Source: Pseudomonadota bacterium (GTDB lineage: Bacteria; Desulfobacterota; GWC2-55-46; JADFVP01). From it: a DNA stretch of 34,607 nt. Positions 16,854 through 26,605 of this stretch are shown here, in pieces. Both the position numbers and the translations under genes were made by a program. Location: NCBI GenBank assembly GCA_015222595.1, contig JADFVP010000068.1, forward strand, positions 1 through 34,607. The letters are read 5' to 3'. Under the pieces are notes generated by a model, which saw only the letters and a list, made by a program, of their open reading frames with translations, did no database searches and was not told the DNA's origin. Position 1 is the stretch's first letter. Each line of letters begins with the position of its first letter.

Positions 16854-17657
16854 CTATACAGAAGACGCGCTCCGTTCTTCAAGCGCACGCTCTATTTCAC
16901 TTGCGATTGCCGCCGCAGCCTCTACCGGGTCTGCGGCGTTTCTTATTGGCCTGCCGACTACGATATAGTCGGCTCCGGCGCGTATAGCCTCATACGGTGT
17001 TGCGGTGCGGCGCTGGTCGTCAGGGGGAGAGTCTGCCGAGCGTATGCCCGGAGTAATAACAAGCAGTTCGGGCCCGTTGGCCTCTTTTACCGCCTCTGCC
17101 TCCAAGGGCGAACAGATCACGCCCGCACAACCCGCCTCTGCCGCAACCGCTGCACGGTGCAGCACGAGGTCTGAGGCCGTAGCAAACCTGTTGGAATCCA
17201 TTCCCGCCTCAGCCATAGCCTCGGTGGTCATGCTCGTGAGCACCGTAACGCCTAATACTCCGAGGCCCTGGTCGCTGTCGTCGCAGATCTTACCGGCAGC
17301 ACAACGGGGCTTGAAACCGCTGGAGGCGGCAGCCTCGACAGCAGCACGAAGGAGCGGCCCGCCGTCGTCGCAATGGACGGTAATAAAGTCCGCCCCAAGG
17401 ACTGAGGCAGAAGCCATTGCATTGGTAACGGTAGCCGGAATGTCGTGGAGCTTAAGGTCGAGAAAGATTCCGCACTGCGGAGCCGTCGCCTTGACCGCAG
17501 CTACGGTCTCCGGGCCAGAGGCGATAAAGAGTTCGAGACCTATCTTGAAGAGACCGACGCTCCCTTTTAAAAGCTCTACATACTCAAGGGCTTCTCCGAG
17601 CGTCGGCAGATCCAGCGGAAAGATTATTCTTTGGTGTGGAGAACTCGGTTTAATCAT
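16854..17657 (-). CDS. pyrF: orotidine 5'-phosphate decarboxylase
   Basis: 267 aa. Motifs IIFPLDLP, FKIGLELF, FLDLKLHDIPATV and VVGRPI. Confidence 0.92.
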   Translation of the reverse strand: MIKPSSPHQRIIFPLDLPTLGEALEYVELLKGSVGLFKIGLELFIASGPETVAAVKATAPQCGIFLDLKLHDIPATVTNAMASASVLGADFITVHCDDGGPLLRAAVEAAASSGFKPRCAAGKICDDSDQGLGVLGVTVLTSMTTEAMAEAGMDSNRFATASDLVLHRAAVAAEAGCAGVICSPLEAEAVKEANGPELLVITPGIRSADSPPDDQRRTATPYEAIRAGADYIVVGRPIRNAADPVEAAAAIASEIERALEERSASSV

Positions 17658-17681
17658 TACCGGTTAGAGGGGGGCGAAAAA

Positions 17682-18323
17682 CTACTCGTCCTCCTCTTCT
17701 CCTTTCGCGGCCTTCTCTGCTATCTCACCGGCAAACTTTTCGTGCAGCTCTATAAGGTCGCTCTTGGTGAAGATGTGCTCCAGCTTACAACCGGTCGCCT
17801 CCTTGACCTTCTCGAACGCGCCCTCTTCCCTGTCGATAAGCGTAATGACGCGCTGGATCTGGCAGCCCGCCTCGCGAGCCTTTTCTATGGCCTTTATTAT
17901 GGAAGCACCAGAGGTGGTAACGTCTTCTACGATAGCCACCCACGCCTCATCGCGCATCGAGCCTTCGATCCACTGTCCGGTTCCGTGCTCCTTGGGCTCT
18001 TTGCGAACGATAAAGACGTCGAGCATCTTGTTGTTCAGCGTAGAGCGAAAGGCCGTTGCGTATGCAATACCGTCGGCGCCCATGGTAAGCCCGCCTATCG
18101 CATCTATCGGCGCGTTCTTTATCTCCTGATAAAAGGCAAAGGCGACAAGCTCCATGCCCATGGAGTTCATTACAGTCTTCTTCACATCTATATAGACGTC
18201 GCTTTTAGCTCCTCCGGAGAGGGTAAAGCCGGCATCTTTGTCGTACTTGAAGGATTTGGTATAGAGGACCTCCAGGAGGTCGTCTTTGTAGTTCTCGCTC
18301 ATAATCTGGTTATCTACAGCCAT
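17682..18323 (-). CDS. pyrE: orotate phosphoribosyltransferase
   Basis: 213 aa. PRPP-binding motif VAIVEDVTTSGASI, and adjacent to pyrF. Confidence 0.92.
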   Translation of the reverse strand: MAVDNQIMSENYKDDLLEVLYTKSFKYDKDAGFTLSGGAKSDVYIDVKKTVMNSMGMELVAFAFYQEIKNAPIDAIGGLTMGADGIAYATAFRSTLNNKMLDVFIVRKEPKEHGTGQWIEGSMRDEAWVAIVEDVTTSGASIIKAIEKAREAGCQIQRVITLIDREEGAFEKVKEATGCKLEHIFTKSDLIELHEKFAGEIAEKAAKGEEEDE

Positions 18324-18571
18324 CTCTATTGCTCCTTATATCTGTTTTTTATTCTTGAAAATTCATAGGTCGTATATACAGTTTGTGCCATAAAAAGAGA
18401 GAAAGTTCAATACAATTCGCTAGAAGTGCCACCGTGTCTCTCTACGGAACGGCTCTATGGCCTCTTGAGGCGAACGAGGGGAAACGAGACCTTGATTTTC
18501 ACCCCTTTTTTCTGTAAAATTCCCTATACCTTCATATACAGCCCCATAAACAGACCTTAACGGAGTGCATC

Positions 18572-19231
18572 ATGGTAGAGGACAAAACCACCTGGTCGCA
18601 GAGCTTCTTTGACGAAGTCGAGCCAATAAAGACCCGCGACCCCTTATCATACATACTCGGAGCGCAGGCGGACGAGACGCCCTCGTACTTCTACTATACC
18701 GATGCCATAAAGATGGCGGGCCACTCCTGCCCCGCGGTCTCCAGCGCTTACCGCATAACGCAGCTCGCGCTCGCAGCCCTTTACGACACAGAGACACCGA
18801 CCAGAGGTGAAGTACGGGTGCTTATAAAAGGGGGGGCGCGCGACCTCGCTTACGGCCCGCAGGCCCAGGTGATCTCGCTCATTACCGGCGCCTCTGGCGA
18901 GACCGGCTTCAAGGGGCTCGGCGGAGGCCGCTTCGGCAGGAACGACAAGCTGAAGTTCGACGCCCTCGACCCCCAGTTCTGCACCTATATCTTCCAAAGA
19001 GAGGACACGGGAGAAACCGTCAAAGTGGTCTACGACCCCTCCGCACTAGGAGCCGATACGGGAATAAGCCCGATAATGCCGCTAGTTATGAACGGCACGG
19101 CAACCGCAGAGCAGGTAAAGCTCTTCCGGGCGCTCTGGCAGGGCAAGGTGCGCTCTATTCTTTTAGAGAACGACAAATTTCCGGGCCTCTTTACCGTAGA
19201 GAGCGTGGAGGGCTTCACCTGGCCGAGCTAA
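18572..19231 (+). CDS. hypothetical protein, FmdE-like (GHxCP motif) domain
   Basis: 219 aa. The MAGHSCPAV motif resembles the FmdE-family core. I recognise no other family feature, so the assignment is tentative. Confidence 0.4.
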   Translation: MVEDKTTWSQSFFDEVEPIKTRDPLSYILGAQADETPSYFYYTDAIKMAGHSCPAVSSAYRITQLALAALYDTETPTRGEVRVLIKGGARDLAYGPQAQVISLITGASGETGFKGLGGGRFGRNDKLKFDALDPQFCTYIFQREDTGETVKVVYDPSALGADTGISPIMPLVMNGTATAEQVKLFRALWQGKVRSILLENDKFPGLFTVESVEGFTWPS

Positions 19232-19375
19232 AAGGGCTTGCCGTAGCACCCGGAGCGCAGTAACCGGGTAAAAGTTTCGCTAGCGGTTCTTTATTACTAT
19301 TTCAGGCCGGAAAGCCGGTCAACTATTGAGTCTATTTTTAGAATTTTTTATTAGGATTTTTAAAAAGGAGAGCGT

Positions 19376-20371
19376 ATGGCCACCATCGGAATGACCCTCA
19401 CCCAATTCCTGCTCGAAGAACAGAGATGCGTACCGCACTCCAAGGGCAGCTTCACTTCGCTCTTTACCGACCTTGTGGTAGCGGCAAAGATCATCTCCAG
19501 AGAGGTGAACAAGGCCGGCCTTATCGACATACTCGGCGCCGCCGGTTTCGACAACGTGCAGGGCGAAGAGGTGCAGAAGCTCGACATACTCGCCAACGAC
19601 ACCATAGTGAAGACGATGGAGCAGGGCGGCCACTTAGCTGCAATGGCTTCTGAAGAGGTTGAAGATATTATTCCCATAAACAAGAGGTACCCGAGGGGCA
19701 AGTACCTTCTGCTCTTCGACCCGCTCGACGGCTCTTCAAACATAGACGTAAACATTTCGGTCGGCACGATCTTCTCTATCTTGAAGTGCGATACAGACCA
19801 CGAGGCAACGGTCGAGGACTTTCTTCAGGCCGGGGTCTCTCAAGTCTGCGCCGGTTACGTCCTCTACGGCTCATCCACTATGTTCGTCTACTCCACCGGC
19901 CACGGAACCCATGGCTTTACGCTCGACCCGAGCGTCGGAGAGTTTCTGCTCTCGCATGAAAATATCAAAATCCCCGACGACGGACAGATCTACAGCGCCA
20001 ACGAAGCGAATGCCGAAGAGTGGTACCCCGGCACACAAAAATATGTAAAGGGCCTTAAGGACAGGAGCCGCGCATACAAGGGCCGGTACGTCGGCTCGCT
20101 CGTGTCGGACTTCCACCGCAACCTGCTTCGCGGCGGCATCTTCCTCTACCCAGCGGACAGAAAGACACCGGCCGGAAAGCTACGGCTTCTGTACGAGGCC
20201 AACCCGCTCTCGATGCTCGTGGAGCAGGCAGGTGGCGCGGCCTCTACCGGAACAGAGAGAATAATGGAGATAACTCCTACAAGTCTGCACCAGAGAACCA
20301 GCTTAGTTATCGGCAGCAAGAACGACGTGGAAGAGGCCGAGAGCATGTGGACCGACGCGGAAGGGAAGTAG
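19376..20371 (+). CDS. fbp: class 1 fructose-1,6-bisphosphatase
   Basis: 331 aa. Motifs LLFDPLDGSSNIDVN, GRYVGSLVSDFHRNLLRGGIFLYP and LRLLYEANP. AAGGAGA lies upstream of the ATG. Confidence 0.94.
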   Translation: MATIGMTLTQFLLEEQRCVPHSKGSFTSLFTDLVVAAKIISREVNKAGLIDILGAAGFDNVQGEEVQKLDILANDTIVKTMEQGGHLAAMASEEVEDIIPINKRYPRGKYLLLFDPLDGSSNIDVNISVGTIFSILKCDTDHEATVEDFLQAGVSQVCAGYVLYGSSTMFVYSTGHGTHGFTLDPSVGEFLLSHENIKIPDDGQIYSANEANAEEWYPGTQKYVKGLKDRSRAYKGRYVGSLVSDFHRNLLRGGIFLYPADRKTPAGKLRLLYEANPLSMLVEQAGGAASTGTERIMEITPTSLHQRTSLVIGSKNDVEEAESMWTDAEGK

Positions 20372-20448
20372 CGTCAGCTACTCCGGCCCGCTCTTTCCCC
20401 CACCTTTGCCGCCGTCCAAAGTTTCTACACCATAATCCTATTCTACCT

Positions 20449-21057
20449 ATGCTAGAGACCTATAAAAAGGCCCTGTGGCTCGAATACTTTACCGTCGGGT
20501 ACAACGTGGCCGAGGGCGTGGTCTCTGTGCTGGTCGGGTACTTAACGGGCTCTGTGGCCCTTGTCGGCTTCGGGCTCGATAGCGGTATAGAGTCTCTCTC
20601 GGGTGCAGTGCTTATCTGGAGGCTTACGCGGCATGGTAAGGTCTCTAAAGAGGAGGAGGAACGAGTAGAGGCTCTCTCGGTAAAGCTGGTGGGGGTAAGT
20701 TTTCTTCTTCTTGGCGGGTATGTGCTGTACGGGGCTATTACAAAACTCTGGCTTGGAGAACGACCCGACCCGACGCTCTTTGGCATCGCCATTGCCGTTG
20801 CTTCTATCATTATTATGCCGCTTCTAGCTCGCGCCAAGGGCCGGTGCGCTGAAGAAATATCATCTGACGCGCTCAAAGCGGACTCGCGCCAGACCTGGCT
20901 CTGCTCCATACTCTCGGCTGCGCTCATCGTAGGGCTCGGGCTCAACTACCTGTACGGCCTCTGGTGGGCAGACCCGGTCTCGGCTATCGTCATATCAGGC
21001 TTTATCTTCCGCGAGGCTTACAGTACGCTTAAATCAAAAAAACTCTGCTGCTGCTAG
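20449..21057 (+). CDS. cation-efflux (CDF-like) membrane protein, transmembrane domain only
   Basis: About 5-6 TM helices beginning LEYFTVGYNVAEGVVSVLVGYLTGSVALVGFGLDSGIES, typical of cation diffusion facilitator TMDs. I prefer the ATG at 20449 because the track start at 20347 overlaps fbp and encodes a non-membrane Arg/Pro-rich stretch. Ends in KKLCCC. Confidence 0.65.
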   Translation: MLETYKKALWLEYFTVGYNVAEGVVSVLVGYLTGSVALVGFGLDSGIESLSGAVLIWRLTRHGKVSKEEEERVEALSVKLVGVSFLLLGGYVLYGAITKLWLGERPDPTLFGIAIAVASIIIMPLLARAKGRCAEEISSDALKADSRQTWLCSILSAALIVGLGLNYLYGLWWADPVSAIVISGFIFREAYSTLKSKKLCCC

Positions 21058-21090
21058 CCCCCTTAGCCCCCTCCCTGTCGCTGCAACAAC

Positions 21091-22269
21091 TTACCTCTGT
21101 GCCTCTATATCTCCCGACTTCACAAGCGCATACCGAGTCGCAAAAGGTCCGACCATCTCATAAAGAATAGTCGTTGCCGTTATGGTAACAAAGAGCATCT
21201 CTCCCATCTCCGGAAAACGGCTCTTGGCCAGAAGAGCAAGACCGAGTGCAACTCCGGCCTGGGGCATCAGCGCAAGGCCCATATACTGCCTGACAGACCT
21301 GTCTGCAGCACAGGCACGAGCCCCGACATACGCCCCGAGCACCTTGCCCGCTATCCTGAAGAGCACATAAACAATAGCCACGAGACCGAGCGAGGACAGA
21401 AGCTCTAACTTCAGGTTTGCGCCGACCAGCACATAGAACATGATATAGAGCGGCCAATCAATCTTCTTAAGGTGGTCGAAGAACCGGAACGAACTCGGTT
21501 CGAGATTGATAATAACCGCACCGAAGACTATGTTGGCCATGAGCGCGGAGACGTCGAAGTAAAGCGCGGTACCGGTGCAAAAAAGAAGCGTGCCGAGTAT
21601 AAAGGTCAACGCGTCGCCGCGCCTCTGCACATACTTGCCGAAGAACCGGACGATAAAGGCTGCGAGCGTTCCGATCAAAAGAGCCGTTAGAAGCTCAAGG
21701 CCGACATGGGAGAGAAGGGTGAAAAAACCGTTGCCGCCCGTACCGGCGTCTGCGCCAACCGCGAAGAAGAGGGCGAAAGAGAAGATAATAACCCCCCATG
21801 CGTCGTCCATAGAGACGATACCGAGCAGCAGATCGGTAAACGCGCCCCTCGCATTATACTGCATAACTATCATCATTGTGGCTGTCGGGGCCGTTGCAGC
21901 GGCTATGGCTCCGTAAACGGCAGCCATGTATAGCGGCTCTGCGGTAACAAGAAAGATAGCGCCCATCACCAAGAGAAAAGTTATAGAGGTTTCTATAAGC
22001 GAAAGCACAAGCACGGACGAACCGATCTTTCTAAAATTCTCTCCGGAAAAGTTACCGCCTATGTGGAAGGCTATGAAACCGAGAACAATGTTGGACAGAA
22101 CATCCGACACGTCTATCAACTCAGAACCAAGCATGTTGAACAGGGAAGGGCCGAGCAGCACGCCGAGCAGGATGTAGGCGGTGACTCCGGGTACCTTTAT
22201 GCGCGCAACGAGCCTCTCGGCCACAAGAGCGCCAAGGAGAAGAACGCCGATACTGAGAATCGTATTCAC
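21091..22269 (-). CDS. cation:proton antiporter (Na+/H+ exchanger family, CPA-type)
   Basis: 392 aa, about 11-12 TM helices, N-terminus LLLGALVAERLVARIKVPGVTAYILLGVLLGPS typical of Kef/NapA-type exchangers. Its GTG start overlaps the CBS gene stop (GTGA). Confidence 0.85.
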   Translation of the reverse strand: MNTILSIGVLLLGALVAERLVARIKVPGVTAYILLGVLLGPSLFNMLGSELIDVSDVLSNIVLGFIAFHIGGNFSGENFRKIGSSVLVLSLIETSITFLLVMGAIFLVTAEPLYMAAVYGAIAAATAPTATMMIVMQYNARGAFTDLLLGIVSMDDAWGVIIFSFALFFAVGADAGTGGNGFFTLLSHVGLELLTALLIGTLAAFIVRFFGKYVQRRGDALTFILGTLLFCTGTALYFDVSALMANIVFGAVIINLEPSSFRFFDHLKKIDWPLYIMFYVLVGANLKLELLSSLGLVAIVYVLFRIAGKVLGAYVGARACAADRSVRQYMGLALMPQAGVALGLALLAKSRFPEMGEMLFVTITATTILYEMVGPFATRYALVKSGDIEAQR

Positions 22270-22736
22270 AGCACGCCCTTACCCTTGAAGACGGCGACAA
22301 TCACATCGAAGAGCGTTATAATGCCAACAAGCCGTCCCTCCTCTATAACGGGAACTCGCTCCACATTATACTGCTTCATCTTCGAGCGCAACACAGAGAC
22401 ATCGTCGTCGATGCCTACAGTGATAATATCGGTCTCCATAATATCCGCTACCGTTACAGACGTACCGATATCTTCGGGCAGCTCGGTCTCGAGTATATCC
22501 GTCTCGCCTATATTGTACATATGGGTGGATTTGAGAAGTTTTTCAAGCGCCGGGTTGTGCGGGGTAAAGACCTTCATGATATCTTCGTAATCGACGATAC
22601 CGACAACCTGTCCCTCGCTTTCGATAACAGGGAGAGTATGGAAGTTGTAGCGGATGAACTTCTTAACGAGTTTAACGAGAGACTCTTCTGGCGTTGTTGA
22701 GACGACCTTAGAGCTCATCACCTCTTTTATCAGCAT
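22266..22736 (-). CDS. CBS-pair domain protein
   Basis: 156 aa with two CBS-like repeats (MSSKVVSTTPEESL...HTLPVIESEGQVVGIV and VADIMETDIITVGIDDDV...ERVPVIEEGRLVGIIT). Confidence 0.85.
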   Translation of the reverse strand: MLIKEVMSSKVVSTTPEESLVKLVKKFIRYNFHTLPVIESEGQVVGIVDYEDIMKVFTPHNPALEKLLKSTHMYNIGETDILETELPEDIGTSVTVADIMETDIITVGIDDDVSVLRSKMKQYNVERVPVIEEGRLVGIITLFDVIVAVFKGKGVL

Positions 22737-22831
22737 AGGACGCTCCTCACAGATTGGTTGTGTACGGAACGGGACGAATCAAGAAAAGGGAAACAGATAT
22801 GAAAAGTATACCAGATAATTCTTCTGTTCTG

Positions 22832-24307
22832 TTACTTGCCTATACAGAACTCGGAAAAAATTTTAGAGAGGATGTCGTCGGTGGTAACCGCACCGGTTAC
22901 CTCGCCAAGGGAGTTGGTGGCAAGGAGAAGGTCTGTTGCCACCAGTTCGAGCGGCACGCGGCCCACAGCCGCAGCGCGCGCCCTTTCTAATGCTACGAGC
23001 GCCCCCTCTAAAGAGCGTTTGTGCCGAACCGAGGTTATCATTTCCGAGGTCTGGTCGGCCCCTTGAGCAGAACCGGGCGCATGGCCCGTTGCAAGAGTAA
23101 AGAGCGCCTCTTCAAGCTCCACTATTCCCGAACCGTCTTTTTCGTTATTGGCAGTGTCATTAGAAAAACCTAGAGCTGAAACAGCGACCCTACCCATATC
23201 GGAAAAAGTTTTTTCCAGCCTAGCGTGCGCCTCTATATCGGCACTATCTTTTTTGTTCGCAACAATAAGTATCTTGTCCGCCTCTATGCTCTCGACTATC
23301 TTTCTGTCTTCTGTAAAGTCGGAATCTGTTAGATCGACGACAAAGAGCACCATGTCGGCAGACTCTATCTGCGCCCTTGCGGCCTCTATTCCGATCGACT
23401 CGACCAAGTCGGCGGTCTCTCTAAGCCCGGCGGTATCTATCAGGCGCACAGGGATGGAGCGGATATTGAGGGGCTCCTCTATGAGGTCGCGCGTTGTGCC
23501 CGGCAGGTGGGTTACGATCGCGCGCTCCTCTTGCAAAAGCAGATTAAGGAGGCTCGACTTGCCGACATTCGGGCGGCCGAGTATCAGAACCCTCAGGCCC
23601 TCTCTTAAAAGACGCCCCTCGTCATACGTTGCGAGAAGCCTCTGTAGCGCTCCTTCTGCATCGGCTACTACTGTTGCAAGTTCGGCGACGAGTGGGTCGG
23701 TCTCTTCTTTTGAACGACCTTTTTCTAAAAGCTCCGGTGAGATATCTTCGGGAAAGTCGAGCGTCGCCTCTATGCGGACCCTCAGATCCACAAGGCCGTC
23801 TTTAATGGAATTGATCCTTTTAGAGAGCGTACCGCCAAGACGCGCTCTGGCTGAACGGAGCGCGCCGTCAGTTGAGGCCTTGATGACATCTATTACCGCT
23901 TCGGCCTGCGCCAGATCGAGCTTGCCGTTCATGAATGCGCGCCGCGTGAACTCTCCGGGCTCTGCTATACGCGCACCAGCTGCGAGAACGGTCTCTAAGA
24001 CGCGCGCGGTTACTAAAAGCCCGCCGTGGCAGAAAAGTTCTACGGTATCTTCACCCGTGTACGAGTTCGGCCCCGACATGTAGACGATAAAACCGTCATC
24101 GATTTTAACCCCGTCACAAGAGTGAACCGATCCGTAGTAGAGGTACCGCTCTACTCTGTTCTCGACCCCGGCTCCGCGCAGGGCAAAGACCTTTTCGGCT
24201 AGACCAAAGGCAGTTGGGCCGGTAATGCGGACGATACCGATTGCGCCCTGGCCGACAGGGGTCGAAATGGCTGCTATGGTGTCGGACGTTTCTATCGGGG
24301 TCGACAT
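22832..24307 (-). CDS. mnmE: tRNA uridine-5-carboxymethylaminomethyl modification GTPase MnmE
   Basis: 491 aa. Motifs DTIAAISTP, GRPNVGKSSLLN, DTAGLRET, NKKD and the C-terminal FCIGK. Confidence 0.95.
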   Translation of the reverse strand: MSTPIETSDTIAAISTPVGQGAIGIVRITGPTAFGLAEKVFALRGAGVENRVERYLYYGSVHSCDGVKIDDGFIVYMSGPNSYTGEDTVELFCHGGLLVTARVLETVLAAGARIAEPGEFTRRAFMNGKLDLAQAEAVIDVIKASTDGALRSARARLGGTLSKRINSIKDGLVDLRVRIEATLDFPEDISPELLEKGRSKEETDPLVAELATVVADAEGALQRLLATYDEGRLLREGLRVLILGRPNVGKSSLLNLLLQEERAIVTHLPGTTRDLIEEPLNIRSIPVRLIDTAGLRETADLVESIGIEAARAQIESADMVLFVVDLTDSDFTEDRKIVESIEADKILIVANKKDSADIEAHARLEKTFSDMGRVAVSALGFSNDTANNEKDGSGIVELEEALFTLATGHAPGSAQGADQTSEMITSVRHKRSLEGALVALERARAAAVGRVPLELVATDLLLATNSLGEVTGAVTTDDILSKIFSEFCIGK

Positions 24308-24474
24308 AACGCGCTCTTAGGGTCTTAAGGGTTTGGGGGTATGGAGTGAGAGAGAGTATTCTTACGAGAGTCGTCTAGATGGTTACAGACTAACAGAGCC
24401 GGAGTCCGAACAGGTATAAAAGAAGCGGGCCGGAAAAGTGTTGGGTCTTGGTAGTGACAGGGGTTGCGGGCCCT

Positions 24475-26223
24475 TTACTTCTTACTCTTTTTGCCCTTGC
24501 CCTTACCCTTATGCTGGCTCTTCGCCGGTTTTACTTCTTTCGGAGTATCGGGCTCGTCGTACTGAGTAAGGTCGATAGGCGGCACGCTTGAGGCCTTGGC
24601 CGCATGGGCCTTGTTGATAATAACCTGCTGTCCGATAGAGAGAAGGTTGTTGGTCAGCCAGTAGAGAACGAGACCGGCCGGAAAGTTCAAGAACATGAAG
24701 GTAAAGACGATAGGCAAAAACTGCATCATCTTCGCCTGAGTCGGGTCCGGGGAAGAGGGTGTCATCTTCTGCTGGAAGTACATCGACGCGCCCATAAGAA
24801 CCGGCGTTATGTAGTACGGGTCTTTTGCCGAAAGGTCGGTGATCCAGAGAATAAGGGGCGCATGCCTCAGCTCTATCGCCACATAGAGAACCTCGTACAG
24901 GGCGATAAAGACCGGAATCTGCAGCACCATCGGCAGACAGCCGCTTACAGGGTTTATCTTGTACTTCTTGTAGAGGCCCATGACCTCTTTGTTCATCTTC
25001 TCTTTGTTGTCCTTGAAGCGTTTCTTTATGGCGGCAAGCTGCGGTTGAACGCGCTGCATCTCCTTCATCGACGTCATGGAGTGCTTGGTAAGGGGGTAGA
25101 AGAGGAGCTTTATGGCGACGGTAAAGAGTACGATTGCGATACCGTAGTTTACCAGATAGCCCTGCATCAGATTGAGGATAACGAGAAAGGGCTTGGCCAT
25201 TATTGCGAAGAAGCCGAACTCTATCGACTCTTCGAGCCCTATGTGCTTATTGGTCATAAGGCTATAGAGCTTGGGGCCGGAAAAGGTGCTGTAGACAACG
25301 GCGGCGTCTGCGCCCGGGGCTATGCGCATCTCGTCGGAGATAACGGTGGTGGTGGCAAAATCCTCGTCGTAGACTTCCGTTGCCCAGTTGAGGTGCGCGG
25401 AAGCAGGAGGCAGAAGAACGGTTAAAAAGTACTTGTTCTCAAGACCTATCCAGTGGAGCGCTCCCTTGCCGCGAAGCGCCTCTTCGTCAGAGTCCTGCCT
25501 TAAGATCTCATCGTCCTCGTAGACGACAGGGCCGTAGTGGTAGTACGACTTCTTTGTCTCTTTCTTAAGCGTAGCCGACATAAGCGTCTCAATGTGGCCG
25601 GTAACGGGTGCATCCGAGCGGTTGTAGAGACGGACCTCTGTGTCGACCATGTAGGTGTCGGCCGAGAACTTATACCTCTTCTCAACGACGAGTCCCTCTT
25701 TTGTCGTACCGCTGTAGACAAACTCTAGCTTCTCTCTGCCATCGAGCGTGTATGCGCTCCTTAGCGGGCTGTTGAAGACGATCTCTTCGGTCTCGTTGTT
25801 TATTACTATTGAGGTTCTGTTGGTGGTCTGGGAGTCGAGGTTGTTTACAAGGTCGACCGGCAGGGAGTCCGCCTCTCTGGTCGCATTATACTTTTTAAGC
25901 TCCCACTTTGTTATCGCTCCGCCGTGGTTGGTGAAGACCGCTTTAAAGAGCGGGGTCTCTACCGTTGTAAGCTCTTCGGCTGCGCCCGGTAGGGCTCTGG
26001 TGGTGACAGGAAAGACCTTTGGCGCCGGGGCTGCCTTCTCGGCAGGCGCTTCGCCGATACCGATCTTGGAGAGCAGCGAGGTGGTGACATTTTTTTCCGG
26101 CTCTACGGCGGACTCTTCGGTAACTTCGGTGTAGGCTTCGGGATAGACCTGCTTCAGGATGTAGGGATAGCCGACTATAACTGCCAGAGAAAGCAGTATG
26201 GCAATGATAACTCTTTTTTCCAT
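24475..26223 (-). CDS. yidC: membrane protein insertase YidC (long, periplasmic-domain form)
   Basis: 582 aa. N-terminal TM, large periplasmic domain, conserved core (GCLPMVLQIPVFIALY, PAGLVLYW). Has a Lys/Gly-rich C-terminal tail. Confidence 0.95.
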   Translation of the reverse strand: MEKRVIIAILLSLAVIVGYPYILKQVYPEAYTEVTEESAVEPEKNVTTSLLSKIGIGEAPAEKAAPAPKVFPVTTRALPGAAEELTTVETPLFKAVFTNHGGAITKWELKKYNATREADSLPVDLVNNLDSQTTNRTSIVINNETEEIVFNSPLRSAYTLDGREKLEFVYSGTTKEGLVVEKRYKFSADTYMVDTEVRLYNRSDAPVTGHIETLMSATLKKETKKSYYHYGPVVYEDDEILRQDSDEEALRGKGALHWIGLENKYFLTVLLPPASAHLNWATEVYDEDFATTTVISDEMRIAPGADAAVVYSTFSGPKLYSLMTNKHIGLEESIEFGFFAIMAKPFLVILNLMQGYLVNYGIAIVLFTVAIKLLFYPLTKHSMTSMKEMQRVQPQLAAIKKRFKDNKEKMNKEVMGLYKKYKINPVSGCLPMVLQIPVFIALYEVLYVAIELRHAPLILWITDLSAKDPYYITPVLMGASMYFQQKMTPSSPDPTQAKMMQFLPIVFTFMFLNFPAGLVLYWLTNNLLSIGQQVIINKAHAAKASSVPPIDLTQYDEPDTPKEVKPAKSQHKGKGKGKKSKK

Positions 26224-26293
26224 CTCTTGGCTAAACCTTCTTTAATAGATTTATTTTAGAACCGGCATACGGCAGGGCCGTAGCGGGAAACAC

Positions 26294-26521
26294 TTATTTT
26301 TTTGCCATTTTTACTACCGGGTCGTAGCCGCCCGGGTGCAGAGGCTGACACCTTAAGAGCCGCTTTAGAGCAGCAAAAAGCCCTAAAACCGGTCCGTGTA
26401 CCTCTATGGCTTCGTGCGCGTAGTCAGAGCACGTCGGGTAAAAACGGCAAGAGGGAGGCAGAAAGGGCGAGATGCCCTTCTTGTAGATAAAGATCATAAA
26501 CTGTAAGGCTCTCTTTATCAT
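26294..26521 (-). CDS. yidD: membrane protein insertion efficiency factor YidD
   Basis: 75 aa. [27 protein letters not shown] and [12 protein letters not shown]. Confidence 0.93.
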   Translation of the reverse strand: MIKRALQFMIFIYKKGISPFLPPSCRFYPTCSDYAHEAIEVHGPVLGLFAALKRLLRCQPLHPGGYDPVVKMAKK

Positions 26522-26605
26522 CTACTAACCCCAAACCGTTTTAGAGACCAAAATCTCTGCTGAGAGCAGAACTTGTTCTACGGTTGGCCCCTACTTGCAA
26601 ACAGA

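Noticed and set aside
23148-24083. 311-aa plus-strand ORF antisense to mnmE. Similar long antisense ORFs occur at 17005-17667, 17631-18368, 15144-15764, 12474-13037, 7776-8321, 4249-4842, 1080-1658 and 24604-25425.
   Set aside because: All are embedded in strongly recognisable genes on the other strand. They have Ser/Arg/Pro-rich, motif-free translations typical of high-GC shadow frames.
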